Assembly: GCA_010015805.1 (NCBI GenBank)
Contig: ML978123.1
Coordinates: forward strand, 1,736,001 to 1,800,000
From: Rhizodiscina lignyota
Taxonomy: Eukaryota
Length of the DNA stretch: 64,000 nt
Direction: 5' to 3'
Numbering within the stretch: position 1 is the first letter of the stretch; every line of letters begins with the position of its first letter. Position numbers and translations under genes: made by a program. Positions 24,749 through 38,047 of the stretch are shown in pieces. Below the pieces are notes generated by a model, which saw only the letters and a program-made list of their open reading frames with translations, was not told the DNA's origin and did not search any database.

Positions 24749-26331
24749 CTATCCTGCACCCGTCTTGATATCCATGGATAATGCGTCCGGAAAGCTGGCC
24801 TTATCGGGGCCCAATTGCTGCTCTGTCCCGCTATATGCCCTTTGGACGTCGTAAAAATGCTCGAGGGAGTTGGGATTTTCATGAATTATAAGATTTGGGT
24901 GCCTTGCTTTTCGGCCGCTGATGATTTTGGTAGCTAATATCTGCCTAAAAATGGATTTCATGACCTTGCTGCCATCCTCGGCTTTTAGTAATTGTGCACC
25001 AACATAACCCAACGCCTCGTATTGCCATTCATAGATGCCTTCGTCTGTATACGCATTCATGCCAGAATTCTACTGTATCATCTCGTCTCAATGTGAGTCG
25101 GGGAAACTCAGCCTGTGGAGATGGATACAGCTATCCTCCTTCTGCAGACTGCAAAATATTAGAGTAAGCTATGGATTCCAGATGCGTGGAATCCACTTTG
25201 AGTCTCCTGAGTACGGAGCTGTACGTCATCGTCTCGAATCTCAAGAACATCCTGCAGCCTTTACGGAACTTCCTCGGATTCGAACAGTTCCTCGCCCTCT
25301 CCAAGAGGCCTAAATGTCAACTCTATCGTGACGGACTCTTCTGGTTTGTCCGTGAACCAGGTTTTTGCTTCCTCCCAATCCACGAGCATGTTGATCTGAT
25401 TAATACAGTCATCTCCCGCATCCCAATCTAGAACGGCGCGGTGTATCTGCATCCGCAGACCGCGACAAGAGAACTGGTGACGGATAGAGTTCCGGAATTC
25501 TGGACCACTTAGATGGCGAGGATCAGCTGAACATGTCTGCTTAGTTGATGGCATCGAAGGGGCATTATCAAGCTCGTCGAAGTGTTCCTCGAGTGGGGCG
25601 TTCTTCTTCCTCTTCCACAAGATCTTGAAAGTCTTCTGTGCAAGGCTGCGGGGAGACAAGGTAGGCTGATTAAGGATTTTTGTCTTGACCATCCATGATG
25701 GGCCGTGTTCTTCTGAAACGGGTTTAGATGCAAAGACGTGTTCTGTGTTGAACTGGCGCGTCTTCCATTGGGAGTCCGTAGTCAACTTGTCCAGAAATCG
25801 AAACATCATGTATATTCGGTTGAAGTTTTCGAGACTAGACTCAGCCGGATCGTTGGGGAGAACAGGTAATCGAATTCTGTCTGTTAAAGGAATTGGGAGT
25901 TTCTTGTCCAATGCCTCGTCAAACCGGGTTGAGTTTAACTCTTCCACATTTTTGTCACGAGGAGCATACCCATCTGGATACTTCTCTCTCAGCGTGTCAA
26001 TGCTTCTCGTTATGTTGACCCAAAGATTTGCAACTCTGTAGTGACGGTTCATCTTTGCCTCCTCTGTTAATTGGCCCTTGTCATCCTTCTCCACTGGCCA
26101 TTTCTCTTGAGCATTCACGCCCTTCGGAAACATTTGATCGATAGAACACTCTTGAAGGATCCGAAATGGTGTATTACAGCGGTGGCCATGGAGCATGTCT
26201 CGGTTGAGTAGCCACCATGGTAGCCAATAACTTGAGAACAGAAAGGCTCTTAGATCAGCCCGATCTGAATACCCCAAGTAGTACGCAAGTTTCATTTCAT
26301 TCGTCGCGCAATCAAGAAATGACGTCGGCAT
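24749..26331 (-). pseudogene. Orphan gene, probably decayed (356-aa ORF plus stop-interrupted continuation)
   Basis: Long ORF 25261-26331 with no recognised motif. Protein-like sequence continues past the TAA (EEVP*RLQDVLEIRDDD), and the frame of ORF 24749-25060 extends upstream through TGA/TAG stops (25088-90, 25070-72). Confidence 0.45.
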
Positions 26332-27009
26332 CGTAGGATCGCCAGGGGCATCAAGCGTTGGGTTTGCTCGAGTGTGCGCCTGTTAAAAGCGTTAGCGGTC
26401 AGCGTGGTTTTCAGAGACAGTAGTGTGATAGGTACCATGTTCAACTCGGTTTGAGCGCACCAAGCGTTAGAGGGGAGAAGGAGAAAGTAGCCGAAGGATG
26501 TGTTGATATACCCAGTAGACCGGAGTGGAGTGTAAGAGAGAAAGAGAAGGCAGCCGAAAAAAATGTTGATATAGCAAGTGACGCAAGTAGGCGACGGTGC
26601 AAGGGCCTTCTTGTGAATGATTTCTAGCGTATCCAGGAGACTCTGCGGAAGTATTGAGTGAAGTTCAAGTATCGAGTGAGGCACTTCTTATGAGCAGTGG
26701 ATAGTGTTTCTTTGCAGTAGCTGTACTTGTACGGCGTGCGATAGAGAGTAAACACCTTGATGAGGTTGAGATGGAGTTGCTGTGGGCGAGAAAAGGTTGA
26801 GACAGCGAGGTTTCAGAAGTTTAAATAGGAGAATCACAGCAGCTGAGAACACGACGGAAGACGTCAAATGAGCAACACGGGGCCGTCATCGGAGATCGGC
26901 TAAATATGAGCGCATGTTGAAATGTAGATTGAGCGGAAATCTCGTCATTCGCCTATCGTTTCTGTCGTCGAATTTAGCATCGTACATACATAGACACATA
27001 CTCTTACAC

Positions 27010-28014
27010 TCATTTCGCCTTAATAGTCCCTTTCGCCTCGCGCTTTGCCTTCTCAGCAGCACGCTCAATCTCTCTCTTCTCTTCCATCAATTCTTCCTTC
27101 GCCTTGATGCTCTTCTCGACCTGCTCCACTGCTCTCTCAATCTCCACCTCCATCTCCGGTAGCTTAAATCGTTCCGCGAGGAGCTTCCCATTCCACCCCT
27201 GAAGCAGCATGACATCTTCAGAGCCGCCGTTCGTCTGCTCCTGGACAAGCTTTGCGACTCTTTGAGCTTCTTCTCTAGTGGGTGCTGGGGAGTTGCGAGA
27301 TATTTCACGTGTGCGATACATGAGACCAGCGGTATAAGCTTGGTCGAGTGCTGGTGAGGGTGAATGGCGGAGAGCTTTGTTCTCAATCAAGAACTGAAGA
27401 TGCTTAGATCCAGCAAGTGCTACAGCCTACGTCAGTACAGTGAAGTTTAATAAGGTATTATACTTTCAGTACCTTTCCAATGCGAGTACGCTCTAAATGC
27501 AAGGTAGAAAAAGGGTATATTTGGTATACTTGAAGAAAGTCAGTATTTATTCCAAGGAGAATCCAGATAACTCTTACACAGGAACCAATGCGAAGGGGGC
27601 CGTTATTGGCAGTCCAATCAGACTCCAATACAGCTTTCTCCTATGCAATGCTTGCCTCTCCGTAGCCAGCGCTTTCAATATCGTGGGCACCTTGCTGCTT
27701 TCCAGGTACAAGCCGGGGTACAGAACCTCCATCTTGCTTTTCCCACTCAGCCACATCTCCTTTCGCTTGTCAGTCAACGAAGGAATGGTCTTCAAGCCCC
27801 ACTCTTCGAACGGTATCTGTCGTAAGACTTTATTGCCCCAGTTTGTCAATGTCTTCTGCCACCCCTTTTCTTTGCGTTCCCATGATATCCACGTCTCGTT
27901 CACCTTGGATGTGGCGCGATCAGCAATGGTACGTGGTGCGTTGGGATCTTGCGCGATGCGTTCGCAGTATATGAGGGTTCGGCGAGTTGAGATGGGAAGT
28001 AGGAAGAGCCGCAT
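27010..28014 (-). CDS. Mitochondrial K+/H+ exchange-related protein (Mit_KHE1 / yeast YDL183C-like)
   Basis: MRLFLLPISTRRTLIYC, QIPFEEWGLKTIP, PITAPFALVPV|IPNIPFFYLAFRAYSHWK|ALAGSKHL; last exon is ORF 27010-27390. Confidence 0.85.
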
Positions 28015-28470
28015 CTTCGAAGCGAGTGTCGTGTGTCACTATGCGCGTAGAGGGGTGTGCATCCTATGGCGTAGTATCTTCAGATGGGTTTCCTGGCCAT
28101 CTTCATGCCGCAATTCGGAGGTAATACGAGCTTGAAGTTCCGTCAAACTTGGTATTCGGCCGTATAGCACGAGTTGTAGAGCGTCTTAAAGCGGAAGGGA
28201 TGGAAGGGAGTCCTGCACAGAAAAAAAGTGAAGGCCGTTACAAAAGTAGAATGCCTCTTGACACGATGGCGAACTAAGGAAAACCATTGGTTATTATTGC
28301 ATTTGCCCGGGATGCGCATGGCAACGCCTTCCTGATGTCACTCGCGTGTTTTAGCTCCAACCAAAAGGTCCTTGCGCGCCGCGCCAAGGCCACCCTCGTT
28401 CACCACCGAGATCATCACTACTCCGTGTAACTAGATAATCGACATTTCGCATAATTCTCTACCTCCACCC

Positions 28471-29521
28471 ATGGACTCGGCTACAGGCCGGGTCCGCACC
28501 GTCCCTCGTGAGTACTCTGGTCGCCAGATGTGCGCAAATATAAGGAATCAAAGCTAATGAGGACGCGTAGCTTGGGTTGCGGACGCGGAGGAAGCGGATG
28601 AAGGAGAATTATTGCTACCCAGGCCACCACAATCCTCTATATCGCCCTCTCACCATTACCTACCATCACCGAAACATAACGCTGCGCCTGGAAGACACTT
28701 CGACTACTTACGTGAAAACGAGCCTGTCGTACAATCGGAACCCCTCGCTCATGGCGCGTCGAGATGGGCCGATTTCGCGCAGCCGTTCGCAGGAGAGGGC
28801 CAGCAGCGAAGTACCGTAGCAGACGAGCAATGGTGGGATGCGAATATGCCGGATTATGAAGACCCCTCCCACGTCGGACACGAGGAAGAGAAAGGGGAGC
28901 CTGGCTTCTGGTTATTCGTTCCAGAGAAGAGGACGAGGATGCGGAAGAAGATTAGGGTACAACCTTTGACCTCATCCTCATCATTTTCGCGATGTCTGCT
29001 AATTAGAAGTGCAGAGAACTATGATGATGAACCCGTTCATCCCTCTCACTATTCGCACCATCGTCCTAACATTTTCCTGTCTTGCATTGGGCCTCGCGGC
29101 AAACATCTGGTTGCGAGTAGGCAGGGTCACCGACTGCCAGCCTGGGACCGCAATCTACTTGGCCATCATCGTTGATGTCGTTGCAATCCTCTACACATTC
29201 TACATCATGTACGACGAATACACATCAAAGCCGCTGGGCTTGCGCTCGCCAAGAGCAAAGATGCGTCTGATCTTCCTGGATCTGTTCTTCATAGTCTTTG
29301 ACTCTGCAAACCTGAGTCTGGCGTTTCAGCATCTTACAGATCCTGGATGGGCATGCCAGAATGGCAATCCTCTGGATACCGACGAGTGTCCACAAAATGA
29401 CACTATTTGCGCGAGGCAGAAGGCACTCTCTGGAACGCTGCTGATCGCTCTGGTGGCATGGCTCGTGACCTTTTCAATCAGTATGTTCAGACTCATGGAA
29501 AGAGTTGCCGGAAAGAGATGA
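28471..29521 (+). CDS. SRF1: Regulator of phospholipase D Srf1-like membrane protein
   Basis: RVRTVP|PWV start. C-terminal TM region YDEYTSKPLGLRSPRAKMRLIFLDLFFIVFDSANLSLAF...ICARQKAL; 2 introns. Confidence 0.75.
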
Positions 29522-29868
29522 TGTATATCGGTATTGGATGATACCCAAAGACACACAGCATTCCGCCGGCGCCACACACGACGTTGCAAGTGGTCTATCC
29601 ACATTCTAACCTCTTCGACTCTCCTCGACATCTCGTGTCCATTCTGAGCAAGCTGGGTTTTAGTCTCACGTTGCTCACATCTGCTCGGCAGGCTTGGCCT
29701 AGATGATCCAGCCCCTGCAGCTGTGAACCTCTCGTGGAGGCCGGGGAAAGCGTCTTACCGCTGTGGAACGTCGTACAGCACGGCGCTCAGTCAATCATTG
29801 CGGGGATATTCTAATAGTCTCATATGTGTATCTCAGCCCTCCACCAACTCATGAGTTGGTCATTGGCA

Positions 29869-31029
29869 TCAGCCGTTACGGAACAGAAAGCTATACGCAC
29901 TGAGCGCCGGCACGCCTCCGAGATGAGCGTATAGCACCTTGGAGCCTTTTTGAAGCTCCCCTTTAAGGATCATTTCTATCATGCCATGCATAGACTTTCC
30001 CTCGTATACTGGGTCTGTCAACATGCCCTCCTGGCGAGCGCACAATCTAATAGCTTCCAATGTCCCCTCGTTCGGTATGCCGTACTCAGGTCCCCCAAAG
30101 CGTTCATCTAGGATGACGTCGTCTGCAGTGATGTCGCGATCCAGTTCTACTAATTTGGCGGTAGATTGTGCAATCTCTAATACTTGAGCGTGCGTCTGCG
30201 CAGGCTTGGCCGAAGCATCCACACCGATCACACGACGTTCGCGGCCGTCGGCGGCGAAACCAACAACCATTCCAGCCTGATCAATACATTAATATCCGAT
30301 ATACTTCTCAAAACATGTTTGATATCGTACCTGCGTGCTCCCCGTCACGGCACAGACCACGATGTAGTCGAATTTGAACCCAAGCTCCGCTTCCTGCTGT
30401 CGAACCTCTTCCGCGAATCCAACGAAGCCTAGGCCTCCTTTTGGGTGCACTGAGCATCCAGCTGGAATCGGAAACGGTTTGCCTCCCGCTTGCTCGACCT
30501 CATCTAATGCATCTTGCCAGCTCTTGCGAATGCCAATGTCAAAGCCGGCCTCATCAAGTCGCACATCAGCGCCCATGATCCTCGACAATTGAATGTTGCC
30601 AACGCGATCATAAACGGCGTCGCTGTAATTCACCCAGTCCTCTTGCACCAGAACGCATTTTAGTCCCAAGTGAGCCGCTACCGCAGCGACCTGTCTCGTC
30701 TGGTTTGACTGAATTCCGCCAATCGAGACTAAGGTGTCGTATCCTCCTTCCAATGCATCCGGGATGAGATACTCTAGCTTTCTTGTCTTGTTGCCACCGA
30801 ATGCAAGCCCACTGTTGCAGTCCTCCCTCTTGGCGTATATATCGACATTGCCGCCAAGATGCTTGGAAAGGCGTGGAAGAGGCACAATTGGCGTGGGACC
30901 AAAAGTCAATTGCTGTCGAGGGAATTTGCTGAGGTTGAGCGTATGGGCAGATCGACGGCTTAAGCATGCCAGGGACGCTCGGTGTGACATGAGCGGAAGT
31001 CTCCGCTGAAGGTGGTGCATGGCATGCAT
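29869..31029 (-). CDS. acdS: 1-aminocyclopropane-1-carboxylate (ACC) deaminase, proteobacterial type
   Basis: [22 protein letters not shown] (PLP Lys), [32 protein letters not shown] and YAHLGG (the E295/L322 equivalents diagnostic of true AcdS), C-terminus YSFLFRNG. One 54-nt intron at 30277-30330. Confidence 0.96.
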
Positions 31030-31852
31030 GGTGAACGTTATAAGCTGTGCTACGTTGTGGCGCCCAGAAAGAAATACGAGATCTTAGTTCATGAGTTTCA
31101 CAGGTTTCCCCCTCAGAGATTGAAGCTAAGGACCTAGAAGCTCTGGAGAATGAGAGGTTGTCACAGTTGGAGATTAAGTTATGTAACGGGGTAAGATGTG
31201 AAATTTCCGAAGCTCAGCATATGTATCCGATTAGCTACATGATTTGCCAGGTACGTGTCAAGTCGTCACTAAATCAATGTCGTACTGCACAACGTGTGGG
31301 GTAAGATGGTTCTGTACCTTCATAAGGTACGAGATCTTCGCGATCAAGGGATACAGTCCGAGCTGCGACTGGTTGACGTCGAAGTTCGTCGTTAAGGAGC
31401 TGCCCAGCGAGCTCCGAAAGCGGCATTGGCCCCCCTCCCCAACGTCAGTGTCTTCATGAATCCATACCTATTTATTTTCTGCGCATATCCTTTAATCCAC
31501 GAAATATCCGCATATCCTACCGTGTATGGGCCGTCGCTCAGCTTGCTCCGCTCTGTCCTCGAGCTCATCGTCATAGCGTGATGAAGGAAAGCCACAGTAG
31601 GCATAATGTCACGAACTTAATCTTCTCAGCCAATTCTCGTATTCCGTTGCACAAACTCCAAGGACTGCAAAATGAGTTGCATCTTTCCTTCCTGTAATTG
31701 TCTAGTCAGAGGAGGATGCCTCTTCAGCTCTTGGGCTCAGTCCGCCTACATATAAAGAGCACGCTTCCAATTCTGAATGCTCATCTCAAGCAGCTCGGAC
31801 TATCCTCTCGCTCCAAGTGCAAATTCAGATCGTCTGCGTTCTTCCTCTCAAT

Positions 31853-32673
31853 ATGAAGTCTCTCACTGTGGTCCTTCTTGCTGTCGCAGCTCCTTTCGTC
31901 GCAGCCCAAAACAGGCCCAATGTCAGACAAAGCTTGCCGTTCACGAGCGTTGTGACAGGCCCTTGGTTCTATTCCGCTTCTCCTTCCCAAAGCCTCTCGG
32001 GAACGAAAGTTTATGCAAGAGGCGGAAAGCTCCACTTGAGCAACAGGACCACTGCGGACGTCTCGCCCAGTTGCCGCACCTGCGTCAGAGACACGGTTAT
32101 TTTTGTAGATGGCCAGACCAGCAATGCCTATCTCGTAAGTGCATTCGTCAAGGGTGAAGAACTAGGATCTGATACATGTTCTAGGACTCCGCCAGCCCGC
32201 AGGACAATCAGCTGTACATCGATCCGATCACGTTTGTCCTTTCGTACACCACCAAAAGCAAGGGCCTGCCACGCGGCGCCATCACCAACAATTTCATTCG
32301 CGTGGGAGACAACCCGAGAGGCCAAACAGTCTCTCCAGCCAGTTGCGATGGCTGCGGTTTGAATCAAGCACCAGCGATGTCAGTAGTTCGAGTCATTCAC
32401 GCTTTCATGCCAACTAACGATACACAGGTGGGGTTGGCCGGAGCAGAGCTACATCAACAGCTTCTACGCCTGCCCAGATGACGCTCCTCGCACCACATCA
32501 TGGACTGTAAGTCCCATCCTGGGATCCCTAATGTCACCACTAACCTTGTACGGCAGCTTTATCAGAGAATCTTGTACTACTCGGCCACGGTCCCGGAAAA
32601 CAACTGCACATATGTGCAGCTTGCTGCCTTGAACTGGCGGGGCAGCAATCCTGCCGTGACTCGGTACAACTGA
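31853..32673 (+). CDS. Small secreted Cys-containing protein (loosely resembles fungal PhiA / 'IgE-binding' cell-wall proteins), 3 introns
   Basis: Signal peptide MKSLTVVLLAVAAPFVAA; TATAAA ~100 bp upstream; spliced product has QLYIDP...LSYT, FYACP, NCTYVQL. Family assignment is tentative. Confidence 0.65.
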
Positions 32674-33109
32674 TGGCGCGCTATTTTGAGAATGAGTTTC
32701 CCTTGAGGACTCGGTGCTCGTCGGCGTTTTGTTCGGCACGTGGTTTCGGCCACTGTTCTCAAGCGCACAGACTCATATCATCATGGAAATAAATTGGATG
32801 ACGGCCGTCAAGTTCCAAATTTCCGATCACACTCCTTTCTAGTATTCTATAGATTTGCGTCAGCTCCCATGAAAGAGACATAAAAAATTGAGTTGTATCA
32901 TGCCAGGTTGACTGGTTGAGGAAATTTGTCTCAAACCCCACAAAAACCATCGTGAAAGTTTCGATAATCTCAAAACAAGTATCCATCTCTCCTCGCTTCT
33001 TAATACCCATCGGAGTCAGACCATAGTGACGTGATAAATTGCTCAACCGCGCTCACGAGGGTTGATCGCACTAACGTTAGCGAAAACGCTGATGGAGGTG
33101 CATTACCAC

Positions 33110-33192
33110 TAGTAATGCTGTAGCGAATGCAATAGCGAATATCATAGCAAATGCCATAGTAAATGCTATAGTAAATATCGTAACAAATGCAA
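33110..33192. repeat. Degenerate 12-bp tandem repeat (~7 copies, consensus TAGYRAATRYMA)
   Basis: tagcgaatgcaa/tagcgaatatca/tagcaaatgcca/tagtaaatgcta/tagtaaatatcg/taacaaatgcaa. Confidence 0.8.
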
Positions 33193-33742
33193 CTTTATAG
33201 ACGTGAGGAGGCTTCTTGGAGGTGCTAGGGGTACCTCTAATAGAGACTCTGAGAACTGTTCGCTCTCTGGAAAATAGCTCCTTCGGATTTATCGCGCTCG
33301 AGTATGCCAGTTATGAGAATGGGCAAAAGCCCATATTCACTAGTGGCGTAGACATCACAGCCGAACACGCAGATACGCAGCTCAAGAGGAAGAATCTCAT
33401 TTGATCCCGAGCCTTGTTTTTTTGGCATTCGTACATCAAGAGAAGCGTCGAGAAAAAGAGACCAATTTGAAAGAAATGGGGGTGAAAGGAAGAAGCCTAG
33501 AGCCACTGAGCCGGTACTATAAAAGACCCGCAAGGCCCAGAACCAGACTGACGTTCTAATCCGAGGTGGAAAAAGCTATCCCTACGTATACCTTTCGAAA
33601 TGTTTTGCGCCTGGCTACGCCCGGCCCCGTCCGCATATCGCACATTATGCCCGCTGTAACGTGACCCTTTCCCCAATCTTCGTTCGTATCAGAAAAGTAG
33701 CAATCCTCCCGCCCACGAAAGCGCAACTGCTGCTGGTCATGA

Positions 33743-35285
<1,543 letters not shown>

Positions 35286-37227
35286 GGTGAAGATGGTTGA
35301 CGCGATCCGTGAACGCAGAGAGAGATAGTGGTAGGTTGGTGTGTGGTCGTAGTGGGGTAGGTGAGCGCCGCAAGCTTGTTCGCGGCCGGTTTCTATGTGA
35401 AAAGTCGCTAGTGGAAGTTGCACGCGGCACGGAGGGGGCAAAGTCGATGCGCGTTCGAAGCGGTGAGTGCTCCGCGGCGGCGACGACGAAGTGGTCGATT
35501 GGGAGAAGGTTGAATATGAGTGTGGGGAGGCGAGGAAACAAGCGCAGCTGGCACTTTCGGCTTCGTGTGTTGTGGAGAGCAGGCCCGCCCAGGAAACAAG
35601 TGTGGCGTCGGACAGCCACACGTGGAATTGAGCACCGACGGTTGGCTGGGCGCGAAAATAAAGCTAGATTTCGAGGATCACTACGACTCTGTTGTTCCTG
35701 GCGGAAGACAACGGGAGGCACTGAAAAGGAAAAGGCACGCTGCGCTGGATGCGACATCCTCTGTCATCGACGATCCGCGATCGAAGCACACCATGGCTGA
35801 TCAGCAAACCTGTTACTGTTTGCGCGCGGAGCCATGCAAAAGCACCTTCAATTCGAAAGACAACGCCCGGGCATCAATCCTCCAACTCTCCTCTACGCAG
35901 AACCAACTGCTCTCGGGACTATTGAAAGGCCTGGCGCCATCTTGCCATGAGGCGCTCAGCATTCGCCGATACGTCATCGCTGCATTGGCCATGGACAATT
36001 CATTTCTCCCATCCACTCGTCGGGCAGTAGCAGCGACTCGTTTAACCCCCAATGCTTGCCGGGAAGGGCCAATATGGGAACTGCCAGCATACTGTCAAGA
36101 TTGACAAGCTGGACGAGCTCGCAAGAGCGCTCAATTGGCTGGGTATTGCAGCCGCAGGAAACAACTCCGTTTGCTCGTGGCCGTTGAGCACGGCGGTCAC
36201 ATGGTATGCTGTGTACCATGTTCCATAAGCGACGCTGCCAAACTGCCGAACGATTCTTATATTTACGCAGAGGCATTCCATTCACCGGCACAATACTTCG
36301 AATCACTTCACGCCGGACAGTTTGTTCACATGCTCGGATACACGCCGGACATGGGAGAGTTGCGACAGGCTACGCTCAGCGAAGAGCAAAAGCAATTTGA
36401 AACCGGGCCAGCACCTGTTTGGAGGGTCAAAGGCCATTCAAACGACTGATACCATAGTTGAGATCCAGTGTCGAAGTCGGTCGTGTGATCGTACCCATGA
36501 TAGAGAGCTCTCGCTTGCTTGGACGCGGGTAAGCTTTGCGGTGGGATGGGCTGAGGACGGGAGCAGCACGAAGATCGGGGAGAAAGGTCACGGAACTGCC
36601 GACCAAGCAGACTACTGTCGATTGTAGGTATTTCTGGCGCTGATTGCCTACGGAGCCCTTGAAGAGCTGGATGACTCGGATCCAACGCGAAGTGCGCAGC
36701 ACAAAAAGGGCGCCGGCCGCCAGCTTTAAATTCTTTCGGACCTGACGGCTAAATCGAGCTGCACCATTTCCTTTTTCGTTGTATAAGCTGGCGCGGGAAT
36801 AATCAGACAATGGCGCACTGCGAATGATTAAGCGCGCGATCTGGACTCTGTTCTTGCCGAGCATTCCAGCAGCGCGCTGCGGCTTTGTCTTGACTGAAAC
36901 AAAGCTTGTCGCCGACAAACAAGTGCAAATGCAAATGGCATGATGGCATGTAGCACACCCAACTGGGCGCGCCGCCACGGCAAGCCCGACAAGGTGCGTG
37001 GGAGATTCAAGCGCCGGCCGAATGAGGTGAGGCGAGAGGCCAAGGAGGGCGAAGGAATGGAGCGGTAGTTACGTGAGGCTGCTGAATCAAGCATTGCAAG
37101 AATCTTCTTCTCCCTGCCTCTGCAATAAAATTAAACAGCCACGGAGGGACGAAGAATGGTGGAGCGCGCTTGGAGCCGGCACGAGGAATCCCGCAAGCAG
37201 CGGGCAGATCCGCCTGAGCAGTGGTGA

Positions 37228-37257
<30 letters not shown>
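37228..37257. repeat. (ATG)10 microsatellite
   Basis: Ten perfect ATG units in the HOG1 / G-alpha intergenic region. Confidence 0.95.
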
Positions 37258-37258
<1 letters not shown>

Positions 37259-38047
37259 GCTTCTGCGAGCAGCTTTAAGTTACTACAGCATATTTGCAAT
37301 TGCGCTGAGGGGTCAGGCATACGTCGCCCGCGCCGCGTCTTCTGCGTGATTTGCCTCTGCGCGCGCGCTGAAATCAGTACATTTCGGCCAGCCTGTCTAC
37401 GCATCACCTAACCCTCTCCTCCCCACTCTCGTGCCGGTGCGAGAGGAAGGATAAAAGACCAGACACTACTCCGTGCTAAGTAGGGGTCAGCACCGACGCC
37501 CGCACGCTGGAGAACAAGGGCCGAGCGGGCGGTTTACATTTGCCTTGCCTCGCGGGGATCTGCTGGGCTTGGGTCGCTCGGCTGGCCAGTGCACAGCAAA
37601 GGCGAACTGCGTTGCTGCGTCCTTTCAACCACCGACACCAGCATCCACCCTCACCACCGCTCCATCAACCCCAAGACTCCCGCTCTCTCACATTGCCAAC
37701 GTCCGCTACGCTCCTCCGCCTCCTCCTCGACGCCTCTGCCGAGAATCCGCGCCGCTCATCGACGACCTCGTCAGCCTCTGAACCTCCGCCGACGCCTTAC
37801 TCGGCCCAGCTGCACAAGCTCCATCCACGCCCTGCCAGCCCGAGCAACGCTGCGCCTTTAAGCACCCAGTTTCGCACGTCACTGCACCCGGAGCATCATC
37901 TATCGTCGCCCCTCTCCCTCACTGCCAGCTCGCTCCCGGAGCTCCTTGCACAGCTCGCGCTGCACCAAGCCCTACATCGTACGACTTTTCACCGTACTGA
38001 GAGGAACATAGCAGCTCAGATCGCCCACGAGAGGTGGACCACGCACG

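Noticed and set aside
27010..27390. Separate coiled-coil gene
   Set aside because: It is the last exon of the Mit_KHE1-like gene, joined through the IPNIPFFY exon.
29869..31029. Bacterial contamination explaining acdS
   Set aside because: It has a spliceosomal intron that must be removed, has lost the bacterial start codon, and is flanked by intron-containing fungal genes.
37087..37407. Poly-His protein ORF
   Set aside because: The His run is just the (ATG)10 microsatellite read on the minus strand; the rest is not protein-like.
35286..38047. Several 100-190 aa ORFs between HOG1 and G-alpha
   Set aside because: No recognisable domains; low-complexity GC-rich sequence typical of long UTRs and promoters.
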